From assembly GCA_022813965.1 (NCBI GenBank), contig JALDZS010000132.1, positions 1 through 64,000 on the forward strand: DNA of 64,000 nucleotides, read 5' to 3'. The notes below the pieces were generated by a model, which was not told the DNA's origin, did no database searches, and worked only from the letters and a program-made list of their open reading frames with translations. The DNA comes from Toensbergia leucococca (Eukaryota). Positions 1 through 14,095 of the stretch are shown here, piece after piece (the first letter of the stretch is position 1; the number at the start of each line of letters is the position of its first letter). Position numbers and translations under genes: made by a program.

Positions 1-3000
1 ACTCATATACATCTGGAATTCCTCCGCAAGCTATGAGACGCTCACTGTGTTTTCATGTTCATACCTGTTCAGCTCCTCGTGACTCCACTTATGATCATAA
101 TATAGCAGACTACATGATAAACTCATTTTTCCTTGACGATGAGTCCGACCTCCTACCAGATGGTCTTGAATCGAAAGTCAGAAAAGATTGCCTGAGCCTT
201 CTTCAGTGCACATCTTATTCAGCGTTAAGGGAAACAGTTCTCATTTGACATCTCTGTTTCTTTGTCCTTTGGCGCATCTCTGAATCCGTGCCGATTCCGG
301 TCACCTTCTCCGTTTGACAATCATCGTTTGAACCGGAAGGTCGGCGGTGACTCCACATTTGGTGCAAATAGCATTTCAACAGTATGATAGTTACTTCTGA
401 AGTCTGGATCATCTACCTTGGGGCTGCAACCTTGTCTTTCTAAACATTTTTGACACAGTATTATCGTAGTTTTGTCATTTAATTGTGTTCACCCAATAGT
501 GAAGCTCAGCTTTCACAGCGAGTGGGCTTCATTGTTATAATTCATTGATGCTGAACTTCTCTCATCCTCAACTACTTAAAGCTCAACCTCTCTCGTCAAC
601 AGAAAGCACTTCTGATTCTACAGTGCATACTCAAAGTATGATAAGTCACAGTCCAATTTCCCAATGATCCTCCTCCACTATCCTTCTATATATATAAAGC
701 TAGTAGCCAGTACTCTTACCTCAACTTAATCGTCTACTTCCCCCCTCCTTCCGCACACACTCAAACACACACACATACACACACAAACACATATGTATAT
801 ACATATATATATACAGCGATACGCCTACAGGATACCGCCGATTTTCAACTTAACGTGGTATGTTCCATCGAGCCATCGCGGGTTTCTACTCGGTAAGTCT
901 TAACCTCGCATGACCTCGCCTTACTTCTCATACATTCTGTTTCTTTCGCTCCGAAGCATCAAAGGCACTGAAATATAGCTTAATGTCACGGTTCTATCTT
1001 AGGTTCCTTGCCCCCGGGTCCGGATCATCATTGATATTCTAAGGCCCACAACCTAGATATTCGCCCCTAAGGCACCTAGAATCATCACGAGTCATCAGCA
1101 TAACAACGGATTATCACCAACCACCAGAAGAACCCTATAGTTGGTAGCAACAGTAGTATCACGATCGAGCGATTCCTATCATCGCTCAGAGACCTCGTCG
1201 CCCGCAAAGAGGCAGAAGCCCTTGCCATCACCGTCAACACCGAAAACCAGGGAATTAGCCCAGAATTCAGAAATTTTTTTCAGAGATACACCAACGTTCG
1301 ATTAAGTCATCGAATCAGTCAACTCATCGAGTCTTTACTAGTGATTTCATTTCATCAGGAACCAAGTCGTCAATCACGACGACAACATATCATATCAGGA
1401 AGTAAAGACGGAGTGAGAATGGAAGAGGAAAATTCCAAGGAAGTCAGACGAAGAAGATCCTGAGGCGATCATGATCTCACTAAACAACATCACCTTGAAT
1501 ATGCTTGATGAGCACACTCAAAATCTATTACTGAAAGAAGCATGACAGAAAATTCTTAAAGAGTTTTCACTGAAAGATGTTGACCTGTTCAACCTTGAAT
1601 ACCTCAATCATGTGTACACTGTGAAACATCTGATTAAATATCTACATTCTGTGACTCACTTTTCAATCAAGAAATGAAGGATCAGCCGATGATCATCTCA
1701 CAGAATCATCACCTATCTTGTCAAACAAACTGTTCACAAATTCAGAGGCTTATCAAGCTGAAGTGTGAATTTCACAACCGACTCAGCAGGACCTTTTTCA
1801 CATCAGACACGTGGGCGAGAACACTTGCACCATAAAATCTCTCATATACATACGCCTCAGCCAGCTACCACCCTCGAAGGCAGACTGGTTCAATCCAAGC
1901 CACAAACTTCGGAAGGAAAATGATTCATACAACGACCCCAAACCACAACTTTGGCGCAATTCTTCAATCATCAAAGATGACAACACACAATATTGCCAAA
2001 AGGCCTCGACCCACTTCCATGCCTCCCGCCCTCACGAAGGCGCCCAAACGCTTCACCAGCTGATAAGGACTTCACAAAACCAATTTTCAAGGAGGAAGAA
2101 GGAGCAGTGGCAGAAGCGGGGATAGAAACGAGGGGCGCAGAGGCGCAGGAGCAAAAGATCAATACTGTACAGCTACTGATTTGAATTCAGATACTTCTTC
2201 ACTCTTTTTCATTTCACCTGCCTTGAATATCACTAAGACTAGACTCAGTGACTCAGCACCCTCAGAATATGATGAAATAAAAAAAAATCTTCACCTACTT
2301 CTTATGAACACTATTCTAACTCCTCAAGCTCAAAAGCTTTATACAGCTGAGTTGTGACGCTTTCCTTTTTCATCTGAATGATCTCAACTTCAGTCACTGA
2401 TGCATCATCTATATAGTTATCGTCTGCAAGAGCACACTCGTTAATCTATTATTATTCCTGCTCTATTTCGCGTATGATTAAAGCAGAGTCACATACAACC
2501 TTTATATCTTCAAGGCATCAAACAATTATCTAGGGAGTCCTCAATTGACTTTATTGTCAAGGGCTATGCAGCTGTCACAAAGTCAAATACTTTGTTAATG
2601 AGTGATGTTCTTTTCTCTTCTGATCAGTTGAAATTCACAAGCCTCATCAAGTCCGCTCACAGGTGTTATCAACAGCTGTATGAGGTCACCGCCCTAGCAT
2701 TCATCTCTAATACTCATAGTAAATAGATCAGTCACTTTTACATAATCATGAGCACAGTCGTCATCAGGCCTACCCCCCACGCCTACTACTGCAAAAGCTG
2801 AAGAGTATCACAATACTGTGAAGGTATCAAATCTGCATATTGAAATACATTATGCCGCTGTTATGAAAGAAGATGAGCTAGGAGGAAAGCCAGCCACCTC
2901 GAGTGAGTGGCGTGCCGACGATCGAAGAGACGGGTGGAGGAAAATTGAATCCAAAGATAGTAAAGAGACGGAGACGATGAATCGCTCTTTCTGTTCTCTT

Positions 3001-3300
3001 TGCCTGACCAAGACGGTTTCGACGAAGACGGTATTCAGCGAGTGTGATTTAACCTTTTGTTTCCCCCCATCCGTCTGCTGCTGCTTTCAATCCCCCCCCT
3101 ACACACTCAGGGACTCGATCACTACATCCATTCGAACAAAAGCCATAGCAATCTACCTCAACCCGCTTCTTTTGCATGAGAAGTGTATCAGCCCATGCGA
3201 TGGTATGTTGATGTCTCACATGAGAGGAAGTTGTATAGCCGGGAGGGGACTCGTAGACGCCCCTTGATCTATCAATTCAGGTGATGATGGAGGGTCCGAC
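1..3300. mobile_element. Heavily mutated transposable-element relic, probably retrotransposon-derived (gag-like remnant on + strand at ~1150-1700)
   Basis: No intact long ORF. Stop-interrupted frames such as ITIERFLSSLRDLVARKEAE... and ...LLLKEA*QKILKEFSLKDVDLFNLEYLN resemble decayed fungal gag segments. CpG-poor, TCA/TGA-rich tracts at ~1460-1800 and ~2180-2820. No RT or integrase motif recognised. Confidence 0.45.
754..814. repeat. Imperfect (CA)n/(TA)n microsatellite
   Basis: cacacactcaaacacacacacatacacacacaaacacatatgtatatacatatatatataca. Confidence 0.85.
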
Positions 3301-4027
3301 TCCAGATTGAAATATGGCGATTACCTCGCCATCAGCTTGGAGGAATACAGAAGCGGATGTTCATCGGAGTGCCCTGTGGAATATTAAATTTCCAAAATTG
3401 GATTGGTAGGGCGTTGCGGTGGCGGTTGAGCGGGAGAAAAAAACGAGAAGCAGAGGCATTCACCTATTATACCACCCTTCACCGGCACACCCACTTGATC
3501 TACTTTTTCATGCCGATGGAATTTTCTCAATAGGAATTTTGACCACATGTCAGAAATGTGGGATGAGTTTGAGGTATGATTCTAGACCTTTTTGTGGAAA
3601 TAGCATTTACAAGCTTGTGTGAGAAAGGCGCCAGCCATGTAGGTTGTATTTTACAAAAATATGTACGGCCAAAGATGTGCGCCAGTGGTGTGTATCCAAT
3701 AAATAGTCACGCTCCCTATTCATCCACCCATATGCCTAGAACATCCGTGTAATGCTTTGTGTAGTTGGCGCTTGTGCCATTGCGAGGGATTATCAAGGAC
3801 GCGTGTTCCTTCTGCCAGTGTCAGAAACAACCCTGGCCATAAGTCTTTGTATGGTCCAACATGAGCTTATCGCCGAGCGTGAGCTTTCAAGGATCATCAG
3901 TTCTTACTGACATTGCCGGCATCTGAGTCCACTCTTCTGGTGACGGGAGCTGTCTCCTCGCCAGCATAAGGCATTCCTTCTATGATAGCCTCGCTTGCTG
4001 TCCACTGATTGGACTCTGCGAGCCTCA

Positions 4028-7000
4028 TCAAAAAGATGTCAACTTCTTCATCTTGGGAATCAACTCATGAATGCGAAAAGGTTTAGGCATAACATCATCC
4101 ATACCTGCCTGAAGCGCGATATGAATTTGCTCTGTGCGCGCATTCGCCGTCACGGCAATGATGGGAACGTGCCTCCGGATGCATCCCTGGCGCTGGAGTT
4201 CACGGATCCGGCGCGCGCATGTGAGCCCATCCATAACAGGCATTTCCACATCTAAAAGAACAACATCCAGGTCTTCGCCATTGTCGTTGGACCACCACAG
4301 CTTTGATTGTTGTAGAAAGTCAAGCGCTTCTTGACCATGGTTGGCAACGTGAACAGTATTTCCGGCATTACGAAGCTGTTTTTGCAGGACGCGCTGGTTG
4401 ACGAGGTTGTCCTCGACAAGAAGAATGATGAAACCTCTGCCGTCTCTGTCTGGTTTAGAGCTGGGTAGGATTGATGGGCGTTGTGGGGAGCTAGCACTGT
4501 GAGACGGGGTTTTCTGAAGATCTTCTATGGTCTCGTCCCTTTCCAGCCTAGAGTCTTTATGCACGTCCTCGGTGGTAGGCACGATTGTCCTCCTCCCTTT
4601 GATATAGAATGCGAAAGTGCTGCCTTGATTAGCCTCAGAAGCTACACCAATCTCACCGCCTTGCAATTCTGTAAGTTCGCGTGATATGAAGAGCCCGAGA
4701 CCTGAGCCACCATACTGAACATGTGTTCTGGGGCTTGCTTGCGAAAATCGATGGAAAAGCCTAGTCTTCTCTTCTACATCTAGACCCCTTCCGGTATCCC
4801 TGACCGCAAAGTACAGGAACACAGGCTCTCCATCGCCCCACTCTGTACTAACAGTAGGGTCTTTCTTTGAACCCGACGCGTTGGTGGGAAACCACTCAAC
4901 CCTTCTTTCTTCGCCCTTTGGCGGCTTTACTGTGGACGCGCCAAGGCTGACAGTAATCTTGCGTTCCGCCTCAGACCGTGTAAATTTAATGGCATTCGTT
5001 AGAATATTTATAAATACCTGCGTGAGACGAGACGGATCGCAAAAGACCCAGTCAACTTCATGTCGAGAGTATGATGGCTCGAGTGTGAATTGTAACTTGA
5101 TATCATGCGATTGGAATTCTCCATCGAACATCTTTATGATGTCTTTGACAACAGCATCGGGTCGGACAGCGACAGGAGTAACAGCCAACATCGCAGAATC
5201 GAGCTTTGATAAAGTGAGAACATCGTTGATTATGCGAGTCTGGTGTTGGGCACAAAGCGCTATGATGTTCGCCGCATCGAGGTTGCCTGACACAAGCTCT
5301 TCCAATGAAACAGCACTCCTGTCTTTCGTCGATTGATACTCATTAAATGACCGAATTATGCCATCCGCGGACTGTGAACGGTCTCAGTAATGAGACAGAC
5401 TTGTGAGATGGAGCAACGGAGAAGCAAACCTGTAGTATAGCGCTCAGAGGATTCCGCATCTCATGCGAAGTGATATCCATAAAGCGTTCTTGCTGTTTCT
5501 TCGCTTCTTCTGCGTCAATTCTATTGCGCGTCTGGACGGATTCGGCCCATTTGAATTGCGAGATGTCTGTGATGATACCCATGATACTTTTGACTGATCC
5601 ATCCTTGTTCTTGTATGGATATACCATTGCCAAGATCCAGGTACTTTCTTCTGTTGACGTCCCATCTGTTCTGTTGATCCGAGGCGTCTTTGTACGGAAC
5701 TCAAAGTTGACGTCTATCTTGTCAACAGTTAATTTTGCCCAGTTCTCAATGGCCACAGCATGATCTTCATCTTTGATACAGTCCATAAAGGACATAGGGT
5801 AGTGGTCTTCTGGTAACCTACCATGGCCCATCATCTCGTAGTAATGACTGTTGGCCCAATAGACACTCCCTTCTGGCAAGATGTAGAACATACCGCACGG
5901 TGCCATCTCAGCCATCTTCTTGAAATGAAATTCGCTTTCGGCAGCCTCCTGTGTGCTGACCACGAGCCGTTCTGAGAGATTTGCATGACTCAATTCGGCC
6001 TGATCTATCAATAAAGCTGTGTTCATCGATGTCGATAATTGTCGGCCTAGTAACTGGACGAACTGCTGAAAATCGTTATCGTATGCCCGACGAGGATTGA
6101 GTCCAATGAGTAAGAAACCGAAAACCTTGATTCCAGCGGAGAGAGGAAATATGACTGCTGTTGATGTTGATGGCTCTCCGAATCCCCGCCAGTGAATCCC
6201 TCGAGTTAGATTTTCCGGTAAAGTACCGTCTTGTTTATGAATGATTAGAGGATCGTCGACGCTAGACGCAATGGCTTTCCTGAATAGTGGTATAAAGCCT
6301 TCCATGCTTTCCTCGAAATCGACGTGCTTTGGTGCGCAAACATGACCATCCGGAACAGCGATAGCTCCCTGCAGGACGCAATTTTTCCGTCCTGCTTGGG
6401 TTCCAGTGTCATCCTCTTGACTTAGTGAATACAAGAGCGCAAACGGTATGTCTAATTCGTTGGGCTCAAGTCCCCGTAGAATATCCCGCCAAAAAGATTG
6501 CATATTCGGCGCAATGGCCATAGAGAGTAAAGTCTGGGTTCGCCTTTCAGACAGTTTCTGCGAGGTCGTTTCAATGACTGGATTATAATAGCCAAAAATC
6601 TCGACATTTCCATCCTCTGAGTCCGCGCAGATGGGGATTATGCTCAGGGAGAAAAACGCTCTTCACTTGAGTGTTAGAGAAGAAATACCACAGCTTCAAA
6701 CCTGCACTTTAAGAGATTGTGAAGAGAGACTTACTCTTCGAGATAGCCGTGGCGTTCAAGAGGAAAGCTGCTGTTGACCGTAGTTGCCGACCTCGAAGAT
6801 TCTATATCAGCAAAGATGAGGGCAAATTCATCTGCGATCTCGGACCAAGCCTCTACAAACGTGCTGCCCATCATTGCCGGATGCTTTTTGCTCGCTAGCG
6901 GTTTGTATGCTTCATTGTAAAGGGTCACTTTTTGAGGCCCCCTACAAAATAGTTATTTCGGCTTCAAACCTGCAATTCACCGGTTCAGGGATTTTACCAA

Positions 7001-7677
7001 AAAATAGCCGCAGGGCGAGGATCCGACATGAGCAAAATTGTCATCTGACGGAGGCTGTAAGGCCAGTACCTAAGAGAACCTAGAGCTGTAATAGACCAAT
7101 CCACGCTTTTGAAAAATTCTACGTGTTCCGTAGATGGTAGAAGGGCAGTCCAATCAATCTGCTTTGGATCTCCTCCTAATGAATATTCCGCCTGCAAAAT
7201 TCCATTTTGTGCTGTGGATGTGATATCAACTGTAGATGAGAACTTCTCCACAGGTGACAACGCCACATTTCCCATTTGCTCGACTTGATTCCCGCTTACT
7301 AGTCTCCATCGTTCTCTGAGCGTAGAGAAAGTCCAGAGCATGCCATTATAAGCGAAGCTGCTGTATGAGGGACCGTCTGCTAAGAGGTCATCCCTTGCGA
7401 AGCTAGTCGCCCAGGTTCGAAAGTCTGTATGCGTGGCTGATTTTGCTCTCGGGTTGACCGTACCAAGCACCGCATCAAGTAATTCAGAGGAAGATCGTAA
7501 GGCCCTATTAACGAATACTGGTCGCAATCTCTTCTGATTCACTTCTCCAATATCTTCTAGATCCAGAATGAACGTGGGTCTCCCATCTTGCTCGAGCAAT
7601 TCAACGACACCGACGCCGCTCAATGCCCGTATCACAGCGCTTGGGGCAACGACAGAGCCGTTACTCTTTTTCTCCAT
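4028..7677 (-). CDS. Hybrid sensor histidine kinase (PAS-like region, HisKA, HATPase, receiver); 4 exons ~7677-6998, 6941-6735, 6660-5430, 5371-4028
   Basis: H-box ITSHEMRNPLSAI, N-box QVFINILTNAIKFT, G1 VRDTGRGL, G2 GGSGLGLFI, receiver LLVEDN...LLDVEMPVMDG...KP. GT-AG introns join the four track ORFs in frame. Confidence 0.93.
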
Positions 7678-8241
7678 ATACTTCTATAAATATTCAAGAG
7701 CCTATTGGCCGCACATTCGACGTGTTGATAGCGAGGTATGAGGGACGAGGTCCCATATGAAGGAAATGGCGAAGTAAGCGACAGTAGGCTCAATTCAATA
7801 TTGACTGGCAAACTACGAGTACTTTATACTGTGATAACGATCCTAATTAGCTATTATAGTCACGTTACCACGAGTTACCTACCCTTTTGAGATGGTAACA
7901 AATAAGAAGAAGCTCGTACGCTGGTGAGAGTATCGCGTGGAAATAAAGGCATGTACAATCAATGATCATGAGGGCATCACAAAGAAAGGACTTAAAAATC
8001 ACCCAGTACTCATACAAATCATAAAAGTAGTACAGAAGTAGAAGACTGTTTACACGCGAGACCGCCAAGTCTGAACTCTCGCTCTCGCCCGGTGATGTCA
8101 TTCATCGCCACGTTTCTGAGCTGGCTAGGTAGGTAAGGTAGGCCGCTAGAATAGGCCGAGCTAAGGAGCTCGAATACGATTAGCTCCTAGAATATCTGGA
8201 GCACGGTAGGTATGTTTAGCATTAGTTTGATTGGACGAGGC

Positions 8242-8275
8242 TGAGATTGAGATAGAGATTGAGATTGAGATTGAG
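8242..8275. repeat. (GAGATT)n hexamer microsatellite in a divergent intergenic region
   Basis: gagattgagatagagattgagattgagattgaga. Confidence 0.8.
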
Positions 8276-8956
8276 ACACTCCCACGACTCCTTCTACATT
8301 CTAGAAGTTCTTAGTGTCCACGATTCACCGCAAGTCTTTCCTATCATGTATCACGTATCAAGTATCGACTATAAGGTGACAGTCATGCCCTTCAAAGCTA
8401 TCACATTCAGAAAATGATAGATCGTTGAAACAAGCGGTATTCCACAGAGTAGAAAGGTTACCTGTTGCGGTCGCAATGTCCTAATTCAAAACAAAAGTGC
8501 AATAGACAGTAGACTGATCTGGCAGGAGTATGTCGCAACACACAGCAAGCAACTATGCAAATATCCACAGCAGACATAGAGATATATTATCAAGTATCTG
8601 TATCTTAAGCTTCTTTGTGGGTATCGTAAAACGAGCATTTGTATGACCGGATAAACTCGATGCCGGACTCTCTCGAAGTTATAAAGGCTCGGCTGGACCG
8701 TTGGTGGTACAGAATACTTCAAATCGAGGAATTCTATCAGCCTAGAAACTCTATCGACTTGGTGCACATCCTCCGTGACCTTTGGTACCATATCCAAGTT
8801 ACCCACGTTTACTATCGAATCAAATCCAACTTTCTTGTTAGGACCACTTCATTCCCCCATCCCAGTCACTATCACTTAGATACCAAGAAGCTATGCATTC
8901 CCGTCTTGTATGGCCTTCTAAAAGCTAGACTTGAAGGAGACGTGTTACTAGCCACC

Positions 8957-11816
8957 ATGGATTCCGAAAAACAAGACATGCCTGCCCCAAAAATGGAAGC
9001 CGAGGAAGTGGGCTTGAAGACTGTGCTGATGTGCACTCAATCCCTTTTCGAGAATCGAACATCTCTTCCGGACAGGGTTTTTGACAAGCTGATGGAAACG
9101 GGTAAGAAAGTACTCGTACGGAGCCAGCGGGATGCCAGCGTTCGGTAAGTTTCCTTGAATCTCCTGCGTATACAAGCATATCTAAGGGTATGTTGCGTGA
9201 TTAGACAATTACTAGGCGCCAATCTTGAAATTTGGAAAGAATACACTGCCGTGTTTTCTACTGCACTTCCCGTCCTCGAGGCCCAATCGTTTGCGTCTAA
9301 TGAAGCATGCAATGGCTCGTCGTCGACTTTGATGGCACTGAACCATATCACTCTGATGAAAGACTTGGAACGCTTGAATGATCTTCTAACCATCGCAAGG
9401 AACATGCTGGCGACTACAAAGCGAGCTCAGAATCTTGCGGGAGAAAGTGCTTTTGATCAGCAAGTATTGAAGATGATAGACGTCTGTGTACGGGTGACGG
9501 CTCGAGGGTACGACGGAGAGGCAGGGAATAGAACTGAAACACAGTGGGCTAATGTTGTTGGATCATGTACGTCTTGCCCATCAGAGAATAAATTGAACGC
9601 TTGTGACGTTACTACGAGACTGAGCCTAGACTACAAGCCAGTGACTGCTAAATTTTTGACCCTCGCTAATCCTGACTGTAGACAAGAAACTTCTCATTAC
9701 GTGCCTGCAATTCCTTCACAACTTTGTCATGCACAACGAGAAGCGGAAGCTTCTCCTCTGGCTAGACCTCTTTGCCAACTCTCGGTCTGCAGATCAATTC
9801 TTTACCGGCAAAATGGATCCTCGAAAAGACGACAGTGTCATCTCACTCGGTGGTCCCGAGGTAATCGCCAAAAACGAGCTTCTTACTCAAAGTGCTCGCA
9901 TTGATGCTGCTAATATGAATGATCTTACTACCGCGTTGGATGCATTAGGAGGCTCCAGTCGTCCAGTGAAAGATTTACCACCGGACGAAGCGACTCGTGT
10001 TGCTTCTCAAGTCATTGAAACGGTCGATGGCTTTGTAAACATGACTCTCACCCAAGGCCGCAAAGTAGCGCTCAAGGATGTCGAAGGCCAACAGGAAGTC
10101 CCACAGCACGAGGAAATGCCGAGGAAACTTTCAAGCGACCCAGCCGGAGTCCCCCAACTCTGGAATTGGACTAATTTACCCGATTCAACCTTATATTCCG
10201 ATCCTCGTGGTAGCGTTATTCAGGCAGATGACATGAGGATGGGACGTACGCCACAGTCGGCGGCGATGACTCTGCAAGCAGCAAAAGATCAATTGATGGC
10301 TCGACTTCAAGATCCCTCTCCGGTAGCCCCAGAAGCGGAAGAACCAGGTCAATATGTGGGATCGGAAAATGGAGAAGACGGTGATGTACGCGGCTCTGAC
10401 GTTGCTGCTGATGGTAGTATCGATGATGAGAACAATGAAGATGATGAAGAAGACGACTACCGTGGATCAGGAGATCAGGAACGTGGACTTCTAACAGACA
10501 TTCCCTTGGTACTTGGGCCTACCGAAATTGAAGCTCTTCCAATGATCATCCAAGCGGGTATCGTCGGTCGTGTGGGAACGAAGACTACTCCGGAAGGTAA
10601 AGAAACGCAGGATATGCAAGGCGTGCGGTGCAACATACTGTTAGCGCAAGAAGCCGGCAGAAACCTTCTGCGGGAATTGCTCATCTTTATCGCGGCTTGG
10701 GACTTGCAGGACGATGAATTCTATTTCAAGATGATGATGCAGATCATGGAGGCAATCCTGGAAAATGGTCTTATGCCCTTTGCCTATCAGACATTCAGTG
10801 AGGTCAAAGATATAGTGTCTCCAGCACAGTCCATGGTCATCAAAATACTCACCCAGATATTTCGGGGAAAGCAAGGTCTTCCACCTGCATCTGCCGGTAA
10901 CATGTCAACCGCCGCCATTCCACGCCGCGAGTCTCCAACTCGAGTAGATCTTCTAATAGTACGCTACATCTTCACCATTTTCCGCCAGTCAATCATTCCC
11001 GAAACCTGCGCTCTAATTTACCTGCAAGGCCAAATCCGGGCAGGCGCTGCCTTACCTGAAGACTTCCCTTTGAATCTGTGGGACATGGAACGCGTCTATG
11101 AAGGCGTGTACCAATTCTTGGAATTTTTTGCTGTCTTGACGGAGAGCGAAGATTGGAAGGGTCTGCTGGTCCGATGGGAAATCGTGAGCGAGCTCGTCAC
11201 GCTCCTCCGCGAACTCGACGCCAGTATCCCCAAAGCCCCACTCAGCTCAATGGCCCAGAACACCGCCGCCGGCGAAATCTCCACCGAAGACCCCTCGACC
11301 AGCCCATCCACCACACCAGCTCCCGTAGCCGTAGAACGCCCCTACGACCCCGTGGCCACCGACCCCCAATTGCAACCAAGCGACTACGCTGACGCCTCGG
11401 CGCCCGAGTCCCCCTCGCAAGCAATTGACAATCAAGATCCCTCGGACTTTGAATGGCGCAACCTCAAAAAGCTCGTCGTGCTGGTTCTCTCGTCCCTGGT
11501 GTGGAAATCGCCGACGGTGCAGAATCAAATCCGCCAGTACGGCGGCGTGGAAATGGTGCTCAGCTGCTGCAACTTTGACGCCAACAATCCGTATATTCGC
11601 GAGCATGCGATTATGTGTCTACGGTTTTTGCTCGAGGGAAATCGGGAGAATCAGGAGATTGTGAGGGTGTTGCAGCCGAGACAGGGGGTGCCGGATGAGG
11701 TTATGGATAAGAGGGGGTACGAGACTTATATTGATGAGGGGGGAAAGGTTGGGTTGAGGGCGAAGGGTACGAGGGTGCTGCTGGTGGGGGACGGTGAGGC
11801 CTCGCGAAGTGCTTGA
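8957..11816 (+). CDS. CTR86: Ataxin-10 domain / Ctr86-like ARM-repeat protein; introns near 9145-9203 and 9567-9681
   Basis: ATG in GCCACCATGG context at 8957. C-terminal ataxin-10-type motif VQNQIRQYGGVEMVLSCC...NPYIREHAIMCLRFLLEGNRENQ. Confidence 0.8.
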
Positions 11817-12470
11817 TTACGAGAATCAAGTTTTGTTAGGGGCGGGTGAGAATGAGGAGGACTTTGCTAGTTTCAACTTTTGCATAGGCGAGCGAGGTTT
11901 GTGCATGCAGCGTGGGAGTATGTGCTTTGGCTGCCCGATGGTTTTTACGGGTTTGTTACTTAGCATAACGCGGCGACTTCTCGGGCATGGTAAAGGTAGG
12001 GTCAAGTGCATAGATGGATGGAGTTGTTCTTCTAGCCTATGTGGACGTCCGAGAGTGGCGAGTGTCCCATATAGATGGGAATAATCAGATAATCAAATCG
12101 ACAAAATCCTTTGAAATTGGTGCTGTTTGCATGCTTTGATACATTTGCACACGAGAGATTTTGGAGCCGCCATTTACATACCCAAGAGTCGCCACTAAGA
12201 ATGCCGAGAGAATGGAGAAAGGAAATGGTGGGGCAAATGCTAGCTAATTTGACTGAGGAAAAGAATTTGACCCAAGGGCTGAATATATGCCCCTATGCCA
12301 ATGTCAAACCTTGCCCTGTATCCCAATAGAAACAGCCCTACAGACTTCGAAGTATCCTTTTCAATAAATCGCCCTTCAATATTATGACCCGTCCACGCTT
12401 CATTCGATTAACACCCACCTCTATCTTGTCACACTTCTGACCAAATCCTCAAATACACGCGTTTCCCCCC

Positions 12471-13317
12471 TCAAAAGGCGCCGCCATTCCCATACGCCCC
12501 ATGCAAATGTACGCTCCCTGCGCCATCGTATGTTGTCTGCTCACTCGGCGCGCTATAACCGAATTGCTGCACCTCGATCGTCTGCTGCACCTTGTAGGGT
12601 TTCGTAATCTCGTGGGAGAACTCGGGTATGTCGCGTGGGGGCTGATATGGGTCATGCGGATTACTCGGCGAAGAGATCGGGAAGGGGTGTTTGATGTCCA
12701 TCATCGGATTGTATTTGCCCCGGTGGGTCGTTAGGCGGTAGGTACGTAGGTCGAGGAGGACAGCGCAGAGGGTGGTGGTGCTAGAGAAAGTTAAATGGGG
12801 TGGATTGGAGGGTTGAGGATTGGGGGAAGTTTACAGTCCGGTGATTGCGAAGGCGGTGAGGGCTTTGTAAAGGCGGCAGACCATTATGCCGGCTTCATTG
12901 GACCAGTTGGCGGTGGTGCAGCGGTGGGAAAGGGTACCGCTCAGGTTCCAGGCTAGGAGGGCGAAACCGAGCATCCATAGCACTAGGAGGCCAAGATTGG
13001 AAAATAGGTTTAGTTTGGGGGGAAGGGTGCGGAAGTGGTAGAAAATGCTTGTTGTGACGATGGTGAGTTTGGTGAGGAGTGAGACAAATAAGAGCTTTGA
13101 TTTAGGAGGTTAGTTTTTGGTTCAAGGACATAGGAATGGGAGCGCGCACGAGGAGAAAGGTCCAAGGAATATTGTAATGCTCGATTTCGAGGTGGTGGAT
13201 GAAGAAGAAGAGCACGCTGGCTACGACGATAGACGAAAGGATTTGGCCCAGCCTGATAAGGTGAAAAGCGAGAGGAGGATAATGCGATGGCTGCTTCGAT
13301 ATTCTGGACTTGCCCAT
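12471..13317 (-). CDS. Four-helix membrane protein, MARVEL-like; 3 exons
   Basis: Spliced product MGKSRISKQPSHYPPLAFHLIRLGQILSSIVVASVLFFF...LLVLWMLGFALLAWNLSGTLSHRCTTANW...CRLYKALTAFAITGL...TTLCAVLLD...QQFGYSAPSEQTTYD. Four hydrophobic segments and a loop Cys pair. Confidence 0.72.
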
Positions 13318-14095
13318 GATGCCAAACCTATCAAAGGATGGTGAAGGAAAAGGAATGACTGGTGCTGAAGGATGAAAAATGGGTCGAAGTGTATGTTGGT
13401 TTGTTGGCAAGAGATGATCCAAAGGGCTGGATAGGAGGGAAATGGCGTGTGGATTTGGAGGCTGCGGCAGAGCATTGAATGCAGGGGTGCTTAGAACTAG
13501 AATACTGGACGCGATCAAGCTGAACCCTGAAACGGCACCAAAACGACTCAGCCTTGTCGATGCTTGGTGCTCCTCTGCATCCGAGCACATCCACCAATCT
13601 TTCTGAAACTTCAAGAGTGACTTGTTGACCTCGGCAATTTCAGCCCAATAAAAGTGTAAAACCAAGTCCTCTAAATGTATACTGGTACGGATCATTGACA
13701 ACTGGTTAGAAGTAATTACCCGCATCCCATCTCAGCAGAATCCATACGAGGACAGGGTCTCCGAGGCTTCAACTTTTGCTTCATTCAGGGTAAACCGTCA
13801 AGTACATCTAATTGTTTTGACTAGCAGCCTGAGGCGAAAAGGTGTCTGAATGCTTGAGTTCAAAGATTCCTAATTACCTCTCACGTGTCGCCAATCTAGT
13901 CAAGCCTATGAATTGTATTGGCTGATCCACTAATTGCTTACATTACCTAAGTACTTACAGAATCTGACTCTTATATGAAAGCACCAGATAGAATTCCAAT
14001 TATGTATACTACCCGTGTCTTAGGATATCTGTCTCGCCTTGGCATGCTTACAGTGTTCAAAATTTGAAAACATTTCCTTTCCTGTCACAGTCGTC

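Noticed and set aside
1..300. RecQ/TLH helicase remnant on the minus strand
   Set aside because: Only a vague resemblance, several stops, and no intact Walker A motif.
2859..3220. Solo LTR (TGTTA...TCACA)
   Set aside because: No matching target-site duplication, PPT or second copy in the window. The overlapping 149-aa ORF has no recognisable motif.
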